Assembly: GCA_964016885.1 (NCBI GenBank)
Contig: OZ024740.1
Span: 286,068,001 to 286,132,000, forward strand
Reading direction: 5' to 3'
Length of the DNA: 64,000 nt
DNA from: Eledone cirrhosa
Taxonomy: Eukaryota
In this document: positions 54,964 through 61,900 of the stretch, in pieces
Layout: every line of letters begins with the position of its first letter
How positions within the stretch are numbered: the stretch's first letter is position 1
Notes under the pieces: generated by a model
What the model was told of the DNA's origin: nothing
Databases searched by the model: none
Seen by the model: only the letters and a program-made list of their open reading frames with translations
Translations under genes and position numbers: made by a program

Positions 54964-57900
54964 TCCCGTATGAGCAAGACATGGTCAGCCAACCAGCTAC
55001 TGCCCACAACAGGACAACCCGTCTAACCCATGCTAGAGTGGAAGAACAGACTTAAAACGGAGATGATGATGATATATATATAGCTGTAACCAATACATAG
55101 ATAATATCTATTTAGCACTGATCACTAAAGCAATTTAAAATGTGGCCTACATTGCATATCTAGCCTAGGTTTAATGACTGCTTTGGCAGCCTACATTTTA
55201 CATCTAATTTGGATCTATCACCATAAGCATGGACCTGCTTATGGGGACTATTCTCTTTATTCCTTTCAACCAGGAAATAGGATTAGGAACTGTTTTCCAT
55301 TTGAACTAAATGATGTTACTGAAGAAATTAACAAAATGGTTTTGCAAATATGTTGGTTTGTATGTAATTTCATTGAGCAGTCAGTATCCTAATTGCTGCC
55401 CTTTGATTAATTTAATAAGCCTGTTGCGTTAAAATGTAGGATTTAATATATATAATCTCCTGGGAGACTGCTGCCACAGTAAGAAGAGTAATACATTACA
55501 AAGAAGCTTCCTAATGTCTCCATTGAAACAAAACTGTGAAATGCTGTTTTATGAGCCAGTAGTTCAGCATCTTAATTACTCAGACAGTATGCTGTGTTGA
55601 TTATATTTCTTATTGATAAAACATTGCCATCATTTTACTGTTAAGGGATCAATTTGTGATGTGGGAAGACATTTGAATGAAAATTCAAATTTCTCTTATA
55701 TAATTCAAAGTTTTTATCGGTAAATATATATTTACAAATTGGCAATTTTGTATATAGACAAAAATAATGTTAATTTAATAATCCGAGATGAAGAGAGAGA
55801 ATATATAAATATATTTTTTATATATAACTAGTGAACGAGTACTGTCAGTAATAACAGCAATAGTGTTGAATATATTTAATTTTTCAAGTTCAGGATTGGT
55901 ATGCTATATATACCAGGATTATTGGATATATGAACAATCACACAAACTAACAGATTTGCATTTTGATAAATAATATAGTTTGCATCAAAGAAACCCTATA
56001 GTTTATGTTCATTATTGACACAGAAAGGATTAAAGACAATAATGATTTTTTTAGTAATTTATTTTTAGGATATAATTACATAAATGTTCAGCATACACAC
56101 ACAAATGAGATATATATACTTTTAGAAGTATTTTAGTTTAACCCTAACTTTACATAACATTCATAAATGAAGAAATGTTGCTTTATTTGCCATATTTCTT
56201 TAAAATATTTAAGATCATTTTCATTTAGCTATTGTTTCTAATTTGTTGGGAATAATAATTTGTAACTCTTTATATATTTGTTTATTATTTTTATGTGCAT
56301 ATTTGATGTTTTAAGTTAATATGAAAATTGTTTCATTTTTGTATGAAATGTCTTGATAAATATGACAGTAAATGTTATTTGTTGAATGAGTTTTGGAAAA
56401 TATAAATTTAAAGTTTTCCAGTATATATATATATATATATATTATATAGTTTTAATATAGATGAGATTCTACAGGACTAGAACTGTTTCATTCATTAGAA
56501 ATCATCAGGAATCTGGGTATCAAAAAATAAATATGGTATTTATAGGTCTCTACAAGTGGTAGGAGAGGGTGGGGAGTGGGATGGGTGCAGGTCATTGGTT
56601 GATAGAAAAGGGAATTCATTAAAAGCTAATTCTACAAAGCTATAGTTTATTTTTATTTATTTATGTTTTTAGAGTAACAAGGGCAGACAGAATTCTATAA
56701 ACAGGTTCCGGATGGCATACCAATCCTTGTCATGAATGAAACAGTTCTAGTCCTGTAGAATCTCATCTATATTAAAACTTTTATACTCTGCTATGTATTG
56801 AGTACCTTACTTACTGTGGTTACCTCCGATTCAACCCGGAATAACGTATATATTATATATATATATATCTTGTGTATTGTCTGTTGTAGAACTTAGCTGT
56901 TTAAGTGTTGGTATTTTATTTACTCATATTCATTTGTTTTTGGCAAGTTTATTTGTACTTTTTTCTTTGGTTCTTCTTGGCTGTTGTCTTTGTTAATATC
57001 TGTTTGTTGTCTTATGTTGTCTTTATATCTGTCATTTGTCTCTGTGTACATGTTCACATATTAATGGTTTCTTTTAAGAACGGACATGAAGTGAGGATAA
57101 TTATTTAAACAAAAGGGAGGAATAGGGAGTGGTAGTTTAATTCTAACATTGATTCTATTGCTTTCCTTTTTCTTTCTGACACCCAGTAATTTGAAAATAT
57201 TAACTGCATGCTTCTAATATTAAAACTAAGAACTAAGTTTAATCTTTTACCTGTAGGTAACTATATTATGTATATATATATTTCTTTTTTATATCTCGCT
57301 CTTACAAAAAGGAATACATACACATATACACCACATACTTATATATACACATGAACAACAGGAATTAGAATTTCTTTTTGAAGTGGGGTGGTCTTTCAGT
57401 ATCAATTGTTTACATATTATATATATATATATATATTATAGTTTAAATTTCTGTCATTAATTGTTGTTTGTGGCAGTGCTCCTGCATGGCCAGAACTGCA
57501 ATAATTTAAGTCAATTAAATATTTAAGTATTTTCACAGTAATGGTGACAACTGTGTTTGTCTTGGGCAACTTATTAGTGCTTTTAGTCAGCCATTTTTTT
57601 AGTATCATTTTTTTTTTTATTTTTTATTATTACTTTATTTGCTGCACCACCCTTATCTTAGCAGACCTGTAAAAATTTGAGAAATTTCAACAAAGAAAAA
57701 ATGTTTCATTGATTGTGATTGTAACTAAATTGTTGGTGCTTATTATTATTATTGTTGTTGTTGTTGTTAGGGCGGTGGATTGGCAGTATCGGTTGAGAGT
57801 CGGAGGCCATGCTTTGCAGCATAGAGTTACAGCCCTTTATGATCTGAGTTCAAATATCACCACGGTTAACTTTGCCTTTCATCCTTACGGGGTCGATAAA

Positions 57901-58934
57901 ATAAAGTACCAGTCATGCACTGGGGTCGATTTAATCGACTTTTCCCTCCCCCAAAATTGCTGGCCTTGTGCCTATATAAGAAACCATTATTACATTATTA
58001 TTATTATTTTTTTTTTTTTTTTTTTTACTTGTCTTTTTACTTACCTTTCATCCTTACGGGGTCGATAAAATAAAGTACCAGTAATGCACTGATAATTGCT
58101 GGCCTTGTGCCAAAAGTAGAAACAATTATTATTATTTTTTTTTTTTTTTTACTTGTCAAAGAGAAATTCTGATTCAATTACAGTTAATATGGTTGATAAA
58201 TCTATCATTCTTTTAATTAATGAAGATTTTCAGAAAATAATAGCAACGTTTTTCAGATTGCATTTCTGTAAGTTGTTGATTATTTTTTTTCCTTTTCTCT
58301 TTAGGAATACAATATATATATATATATATCTAATGTCTCTTAAGTCTTTTTCTCAACAGATTTACTTATATTCCAAATCTGGAATTTTTATTTTCATAGA
58401 TGTCCAGCACAGGAAAGGTGGGACATCGAAAACCTTACTGGATATTTGACAAACAAGGGGTAATCACACAAGTTCAATGTTTGTCTGTCTGGTGTCCAGT
58501 ATTAGTTAAAGTGAACCCTTGTATGTACCTTTGTATGTCCAATATTTACATATCACCTGTATGTCTGTGTCTGCTCTACTCCCTCCTTCATCACCTTTGT
58601 TGGTCTTGTGCTTTCTATTTTAGTAGTTAGTTAAGTAGGTCTAACAGCTGTTGATGGAAGAAAAACAACAATAAAAAATAAAAAAAAAACTCAAACGCGG
58701 GATTCAAACAAAGAGACTTCATTATTGAAACTCATTTACTTGCAGCAGTTATTCCAACATTAACGTATCAGGCTCCATCACCACCAGGTATTGTGGCATC
58801 CGTCATGCCACCATCTCCCACCTCTTGTTCGTTTCCCTCTCAAGTACAGCAACCACACCTTGGTACCAACATCCCGCGCCCACCACTGCCACCATACCAT
58901 GTTGCAGTGCAGAGTGCTTCAGTCAACTCTTCAG
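4840..58934 (+). CDS. RAPGEF2: Rap guanine nucleotide exchange factor (PDZ-GEF; RAPGEF2/RAPGEF6 orthologue), 23 coding exons, start and stop exons not found
   Basis: Manual splicing of 23 AG..GT-bounded exons gives one uninterrupted 3403-nt frame. Motifs recognised from RAPGEF2: [99 protein letters not shown](F)[23 protein letters not shown]. Confidence 0.96.
7000..8556 (+). mobile_element. Highly degenerate RTE LINE relic of the same type
   Basis: [17 protein letters not shown], a [11 protein letters not shown] remnant, and an AACCCATGC..GATGAT tail; interrupted by a SINE fragment near 7420-7545. Boundaries approximate. Confidence 0.7.
8586..8962 (+). mobile_element. Older foldback element: about 87-bp inverted arms plus tail, flanked by TA/CA repeats
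   Basis: Arms 8586-8673 and 8690-8776 with a 16-nt spacer; tail starting ACTCTGTGGCTTGAGTA; ends in (TA)n. Confidence 0.5.
10148..10196 (+). ncRNA. Degenerate hammerhead ribozyme, same family as 56464-56514
   Basis: TTTC-CTGATGA-TTTCAACCAAAT-GAAA-CCGTGCTAGTCCTG-TA|GAGG. Core intact, stems weakened; co-linear with the 56.5-kb copy. Confidence 0.6.
10770..10960 (+). CDS. RAPGEF2: RAPGEF2 exon, cNMP-binding-like domain ([18 protein letters not shown]...LTMGN)
   Basis: ttccag|GCG...AACAG|gtaagt; 191 nt, phase 0-2. Confidence 0.95.
11438..11623 (-). mobile_element. tRNA-derived SINE (second family) with a 36-bp target-site duplication
   Basis: Head GGGTGGTGGATTGGCAGTATCGGTAGAG..GAGTTCAAATCC; identical 36-mers at 11402-11437 and 11624-11659. 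Confidence 0.88.
12114..13065 (-). mobile_element. Mariner (Tc1/mariner) transposon relic with transposase pseudogene
   Basis: Minus-strand remnants [48 protein letters not shown]; TIR-like TATGAGGTACACTCAA at the left end; internal tandem duplication of about 86 bp (about 12179-12350). Confidence 0.88.
13589..13706 (+). CDS. RAPGEF2: RAPGEF2 exon, cNMP-like domain ([40 protein letters not shown])
   Basis: ttctag|T...GAG|gtatgt; 118 nt, phase 2-0. Confidence 0.95.
13864..13968 (+). CDS. RAPGEF2: RAPGEF2 exon ([35 protein letters not shown])
   Basis: tactag|GGT...CGC|gtaaga; 105 nt, phase 0-0. Confidence 0.93.
14380..15125 (+). mobile_element. Degenerate RTE LINE fragment (pre-RT region)
   Basis: ACATGGTGGTGGAAT (TWWWN) and GGTGTCATACCCAGTGACTGG (GVIP.DW), similar to 23860-24450. 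Confidence 0.65.
16891..17270 (+). mobile_element. 3' fragment of a second RTE-like LINE family
   Basis: [36 protein letters not shown]; ends in GAAGAAGAA. Confidence 0.75.
18523..18705 (+). CDS. RAPGEF2: RAPGEF2 exon, REM (RasGEF_N) domain
   Basis: ctgcag|GGG...AAG|gttatt; 183 nt; [26 protein letters not shown]. Confidence 0.95.
19229..19336 (+). CDS. RAPGEF2: RAPGEF2 exon, REM domain ([17 protein letters not shown]...)
   Basis: taccag|GTT...GAG|gtaaat; 108 nt. Confidence 0.95.
21719..21922 (+). CDS. RAPGEF2: RAPGEF2 exon, N-terminal part of the PDZ domain
   Basis: ttttag|AAA...CAG|gtattt; 204 nt; [23 protein letters not shown]. Confidence 0.95.
22906..23014 (+). CDS. RAPGEF2: RAPGEF2 exon, C-terminal part of the PDZ domain
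   Basis: tttcag|ATT...TTGG|gtaagc; 109 nt, phase 0-1; [18 protein letters not shown]. Confidence 0.95.
23805..26230 (+). mobile_element. 5'-truncated RTE-clade LINE retrotransposon (RT pseudogene) with a (GAT)n tail
   Basis: TWWWN motif; RT motifs [43 protein letters not shown]; C-terminal GSETW and [10 protein letters not shown]. Stop at 23980-23982, frameshifts near 25055-25090 and about 25320; ends in GATGATGATG. Confidence 0.95.
26621..26864 (+). CDS. RAPGEF2: RAPGEF2 exon, PDZ-RA linker
   Basis: tttcag|AA...AACAG|gtttgt; 244 nt, phase 1-2; EFRELLTEK matches the FKELLT motif. Confidence 0.88.
27874..28108 (+). CDS. RAPGEF2: RAPGEF2 exon, linker and start of the RA domain ([17 protein letters not shown])
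   Basis: tttcag|CAGT...CGG|gtaaat; 235 nt, phase 2-0; NAGNAG acceptor. Confidence 0.92.
28238..28302 (+). CDS. RAPGEF2: RAPGEF2 exon, RA domain ([21 protein letters not shown])
   Basis: atatag|GAG...CG|gtaagt; 65 nt, phase 0-2. Confidence 0.92.
29124..29231 (+). CDS. RAPGEF2: RAPGEF2 exon, RA domain ([24 protein letters not shown]...)
   Basis: ctgtag|A...AG|gtaaat; 108 nt, phase 2-2. Confidence 0.94.
29567..29910 (+). mobile_element. Apparently full-length tRNA-derived SINE with an RTE-LINE-derived 3' tail
   Basis: A box TGGCTTAGTGG, B box GAGTTCAATTC, central TCCTTGAGCAAGACACTT domain, 3' part nearly identical to the LINE 3' UTR (about 25970-26120), (TGA)n end. Confidence 0.88.
30964..31198 (+). 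CDS. RAPGEF2: RAPGEF2 exon, end of RA and start of the CDC25/RasGEF domain
   Basis: tttcag|A TAT TAC...GAA|gtaagt; 235 nt; [24 protein letters not shown]. Confidence 0.95.
31229..32023. mobile_element. Second TTAA-flanked MITE family (CTCTTA...TAAGAG)
   Basis: TTAA|CTCTTA...TAAGAG|TTAA. Shorter relative at 33091-33307; degenerate relatives near 10011 and 62632. Internal tandem duplication of about 85 bp near 31540-31710. Confidence 0.6.
32393..32492 (+). CDS. RAPGEF2: RAPGEF2 exon, RasGEF domain ([26 protein letters not shown])
   Basis: ttccag|CTT...GCAA|gtaagg; 100 nt, phase 0-1. Confidence 0.95.
32932..33059 (+). CDS. RAPGEF2: RAPGEF2 exon, RasGEF domain ([28 protein letters not shown])
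   Basis: ttctag|AA...CTG|gtaata; 128 nt, phase 1-0. Confidence 0.95.
33409..33492 (+). CDS. RAPGEF2: RAPGEF2 exon, RasGEF domain ([20 protein letters not shown])
   Basis: ttgcag|GAT...ATG|gtgagt; 84 nt. Confidence 0.95.
34964..35110 (+). CDS. RAPGEF2: RAPGEF2 exon, RasGEF domain ([32 protein letters not shown])
   Basis: ttccag|TTA...TAT|gtaagt; 147 nt. Confidence 0.96.
35759..35890 (+). CDS. RAPGEF2: RAPGEF2 exon (..[15 protein letters not shown])
   Basis: atttag|GAT...GAG|gtaagt; 132 nt; NAKKMYEE matches the NAKKLYED motif. Confidence 0.92.
36530..36629 (+). CDS. RAPGEF2: RAPGEF2 exon ([26 protein letters not shown])
   Basis: ttacag|GCT...C|gtaagt; 100 nt, phase 0-1. Confidence 0.94.
39077..39277 (+). 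mobile_element. Foldback Penelope-like remnant: 56-bp-arm hairpin plus tail, in (TA)n
   Basis: Arms 39077-39132 and 39137-39192 (4 mismatches, 4-nt loop) carry the hammerhead 3' half GAAACCTTTGGTA; followed by a tail and (TA)n. Confidence 0.6.
39461..39916. mobile_element. pogo/Tigger-like MITE (TA TSD)
   Basis: TA|CTCTATATACTCGTATATAAGCTGA...TCGGCTTATATTCAAATATATACTG|TA; second copy at 60213-60694 with a similar interior. Confidence 0.65.
41491..41743. mobile_element. piggyBac-type MITE (TTAA TSD, CCCTTT TIRs), multi-copy family
   Basis: TTAA|CCCTTTCGACACCA...TGGTAACAAAAGGG|TTAA. Related copies at 306-553, about 5190-5415, about 15575-16010, 40854-41302 and about 46930-47130. Confidence 0.75.
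41951..42055 (+). CDS. RAPGEF2: RAPGEF2 exon, C-terminal low-complexity region ([12 protein letters not shown])
   Basis: tttcag|CA...TTTG|gtatgt; 105 nt, phase 1-1. Confidence 0.85.
44683..44904 (+). CDS. RAPGEF2: RAPGEF2 exon ([15 protein letters not shown]...LSHESSSV)
   Basis: tcccag|GT...ACTG|gtaaga; 222 nt, phase 1-1; SP.A.RK.L.LS motif recognised from PDZ-GEFs. Confidence 0.9.
45443..45646. repeat. Degenerate inverted repeat (about 77-bp arms) starting in (TA)n
   Basis: ATATAGTAAAAAC..TCAATACACC..TACAATAATT pairs with AATTATTGTA..GGTGTATTGA..GTTTTTACTATAT. Confidence 0.55.
51819..51867 (+). ncRNA. Minimal type I hammerhead ribozyme
   Basis: ATATCTT-CTGATGA-(GAACC TAGTAA GGTTT)-GAAA-A TCAA T-TA|AAGATAT: 7-bp stem I, 5-bp stem II, minimal stem III with a near-palindromic loop. 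Confidence 0.75.
52124..52309 (+). CDS. RAPGEF2: RAPGEF2 exon, Ser-rich, containing DSGHNS
   Basis: tatcag|GT...AGCG|gtaagg; 186 nt, phase 1-1; DSGH..S..FDS motif. Confidence 0.88.
52438..52860 (+). mobile_element. Two tandem/nested copies of the second SINE family
   Basis: Repeated TTGGCAG..GAGCGTCGGA..TTTGC(C/T)TTTCATCC..AAAGTACCAG..GGCCTTG units. Other copies at about 4310-4640, 21300-21420(-), 23090-23420 and 51220-51390. Confidence 0.85.
54125..54452. repeat. Compound (TA)n/(TATG)n microsatellite block
   Basis: Directly visible; the overlapping ORFs here are low-complexity artefacts. Confidence 0.9.
54453..54590 (-). mobile_element. Foldback Penelope-like remnant with a perfect 60-bp palindrome plus tail, in (TA)n
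   Basis: 54531-54590 is a perfect palindrome; the adjacent tail has the GTATTGAGTAC motif; (TA)n on both sides. Confidence 0.6.
56422..56868. mobile_element. Penelope-like element remnant with an inverted partial pLTR and a tail, between (TA)n tracts
   Basis: 56448-56495 and 56732-56779 are exact 48-bp inverted copies overlapping the hammerhead. Only the right copy continues into a roughly 70-nt tail. (TA)n on both sides. Confidence 0.7.
56464..56514 (-). ncRNA. Type I hammerhead ribozyme (Penelope-like-element type)
   Basis: Minus strand: AGATTC-CTGATGA-T(TTC TAAT GAA)T-GAAA-(CAG TTCTAGTC CTG)-TA|GAATCT. Intact core, 6-bp stem I, 3-bp stems II and III, GUA cleavage triplet. Confidence 0.82.
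57771..58128 (+). mobile_element. Second-family SINE plus an adjacent 3' fragment
   Basis: GGCGGTGGATTGGCAGTATCGG..GAGTTCAAAT..CTTACGGGGTCGATAAAATAAAGTACCAG..(ATT)n. Confidence 0.85.
58746..58934 (+). CDS. RAPGEF2: RAPGEF2 exon, Pro-rich with a PY-type motif ([13 protein letters not shown])
   Basis: ttgcag|CA...TCAG|gtgaga; 189 nt, phase 1-1; NAGNAG acceptor; GC-rich island in an AT-rich intron. Confidence 0.85.
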
Positions 58935-61900
58935 GTGAGACTTCGGAATCATAGGTATTCTCCAAGTACTAACTTGCAAAGCTACATAGAAATACATTTT
59001 TCCTAAAATCATTTCTTGGAATCAGTTTATTTATTTCGTTTAAAGATATTTGCCTCCATTAATTGCTCTAAAAATTGGGGAAATTGAGGCCGGGTATATA
59101 TATATGAAATATACATGATTTATAATGAAGAAGAGAAAAAAGTACTCAATATATAGTGCAGAGTATAATTATTTAAATTGGACTGAAGCTGTATACTATT
59201 ACTTAAATGTCATGTTTACACAATTAGCTAGACACTAGTAGGGTGTACTACAATGAAGTGTTCTTTTATCCAAGATAGTGTTGAAACATTATTTCATTGG
59301 TTAACTCAAAACATACAAATGATTTTGTTTGACTTCATAATGAAATTCTCAAAACAAAAATTAGCCAAAATGATTTGCTAAAATAATTTTTGTTTAAGTT
59401 GCTAGTAAAGGTTTCCATGTGGGTTTCCTGGTACCCCTTGTCAACGTTACATGATGAATGTAAGAACATTTTTTTGAAAGGGGAAATATGACTACTTATA
59501 CAAAGTTAATATTTCGACTCGTTAAGTCTTATCTTACTCTGTGAGTCACCTGCAGATTGAGGGTTTAGCCAGTTTGCAGTTTTAGAGCAGGATTATGCTT
59601 ATGGGGTTGAAGTTTGAATTTCTTTGCATGGAGGCACGACAAGATTTTGTCTCTCTTGTTCAAGATGCAACCATATGCACACAGATAATGGCTACAGGAC
59701 TGGTGTGTCTTTGCAACATTTTGGTGTTGTTTTCTACTCTATATTTCAAATGTCAAATATCTTATTTTTGACATTGAATATTACAGTGCACTTGTATCTA
59801 AACATGGTCTGTGTTAACCAATTAAATAGTAAGACCTTGGTATTATCTTGGATAATGAAAATTTAATTATAGTACACAATACTGCCATCTGAGTGTAAAT
59901 ATGAAACTTTAGTAACAACATTGACTTCAGTCGAATAAATGTACATATATATTTATATATATATATATTCAATGTACAAACAAGAGAAAAAGTACTTGAT
60001 ACATGTAGAGTTTATTTGTTTGAAGCTAATGCTTTACTCATGATCACTCACAGTTTCTTGCTGTGTATGATCATTCTAGTGATATCTATTTGTTCCTTGA
60101 AGGATCACACACAGCTAGAAACATTAAATCATACTGTGGGAGAGTAGTAACATTATTACTTGGAGTTTCACCAAATAGTTTTGTAATATCTCTATGAGAG
60201 CTATAAGATTTACTGTATATACTCATATATGTCGAGAAGTATGTGACAAAAAATTGATGGTAAAATGAGGGTTCATGGTCAATATTTTGATTTTCACTAA
60301 CATCAAATTCTTCGTAAATGAGGTTCAAAAATAGTTTCACTTTGTAGGTGAATATTACACCGGTTTCACTTTGGAGGTGAAATTTGTTTTTCCTATTGTG
60401 TTTTATGTGTATTGACTGAATATGGCCCTCAAATGATCAAAAATTGGTTTTTAAAAAGAAAAAAAAATCATTATGTAATGGAATTATGAAACAAAACTAT
60501 ATACTTAATGATAGCTAAAAGATTTAAAATATCAAAATATTAAAACTTTGTGAGAATTTCAAAACTGCACTATTTAAACATAATGTGTTGATTAGCTGCC
60601 TTAGCTTATACACATGGTTTGAATTTTTGCTAATTTCTCATGACATAAGATTGGGGGCTTATACTTGGAACAATTTATATTTGAGTGTATACAATAAATC
60701 ATTTGGATCTTGAGACAATTATACACATCATATCATATATGTGTTCACTTTGAAAGGGCATGCTTCCTGTCATGCAGATGCAAAGACATTGAAGTATGCC
60801 TGCGTGAACATATTCATAGGAATTTTAAACAGCAAGTTTATGGAGTGACATCCAAATCACACAGTTTCATCATCATCGTCATTACCATTTAACATTTATT
60901 TCCTATGCTTGCATACCAGATATCTAAATACATCTGGTGGCTGAGAGAGAATAACATGGAAGATATCAGAGAAAAGCAAACCATTCAAAAAGGTTACATG
61001 ACGCGGTCACTGCTACTTTTTGTGTAGTTAGTAACTTCAATTTTTATTGACAAATCTTTATTTGCTCTAAAAACTGTCGTTCAGCTGACACAAGGGAAAT
61101 AACCTATAGCCTTAGACGTGAATTATTTCCCCTGCATTATATTGTACATGGCAGAAAGCAACCATTTTCAAAATGAATATGTAAATGACTTAATGTGTAT
61201 ATTATTGGTCGTTTGAAGATTCAAATGGTTTAAATTTAATAACTCTCAGAGATATGTAACTATTTGCTGAAACTAACAACATTACTAGTTCTAGAGGCTA
61301 TATAAATCATATACTTCACTCTACTTTGTATCAAGTACTCTCCTTGTGTCATGTAATTTCTATTTCTATATGTATATGTATATATATACATACACACGCA
61401 TATATGTGTGTGTTTGTATTATTAATACACACATATATATATATACTGCTAATTGTCATTCTTCATTTTGGTTTTTAAATTATTGCTATTTGAGAATATG
61501 ATTAATTATTGCTTGATGTGTGAAGTAGTTTAACTTTAAATTTATTTTGGAAGTCACTAACCAGCTTCATTCTTTTAGGAATCAATCATTGCATCTAGAT
61601 TTCAATAATACTGTTGTGCTTCCATCATTTAGTCCTATATACAATAATGGTGGTGGTGCGTAAATCTTTTCACTGGGCCTTGAACCAGCAACTGTGTGGT
61701 AAACTGTTATCATTTAGATTATTGCCATAATTCTGATAACTAACTTCATCTGTGGCTGTTGGTGCTCACCGCATGTATGTAATCCTGGATGGCTTTCATT
61801 TACATTTGGAGTTGAAGCATTTTCATTATATTTAAAACATTGGCTATTTTGTTTTTCTTAAAATCATAATAGAAAACCATGCTGAATAGTTGGTGATAGG

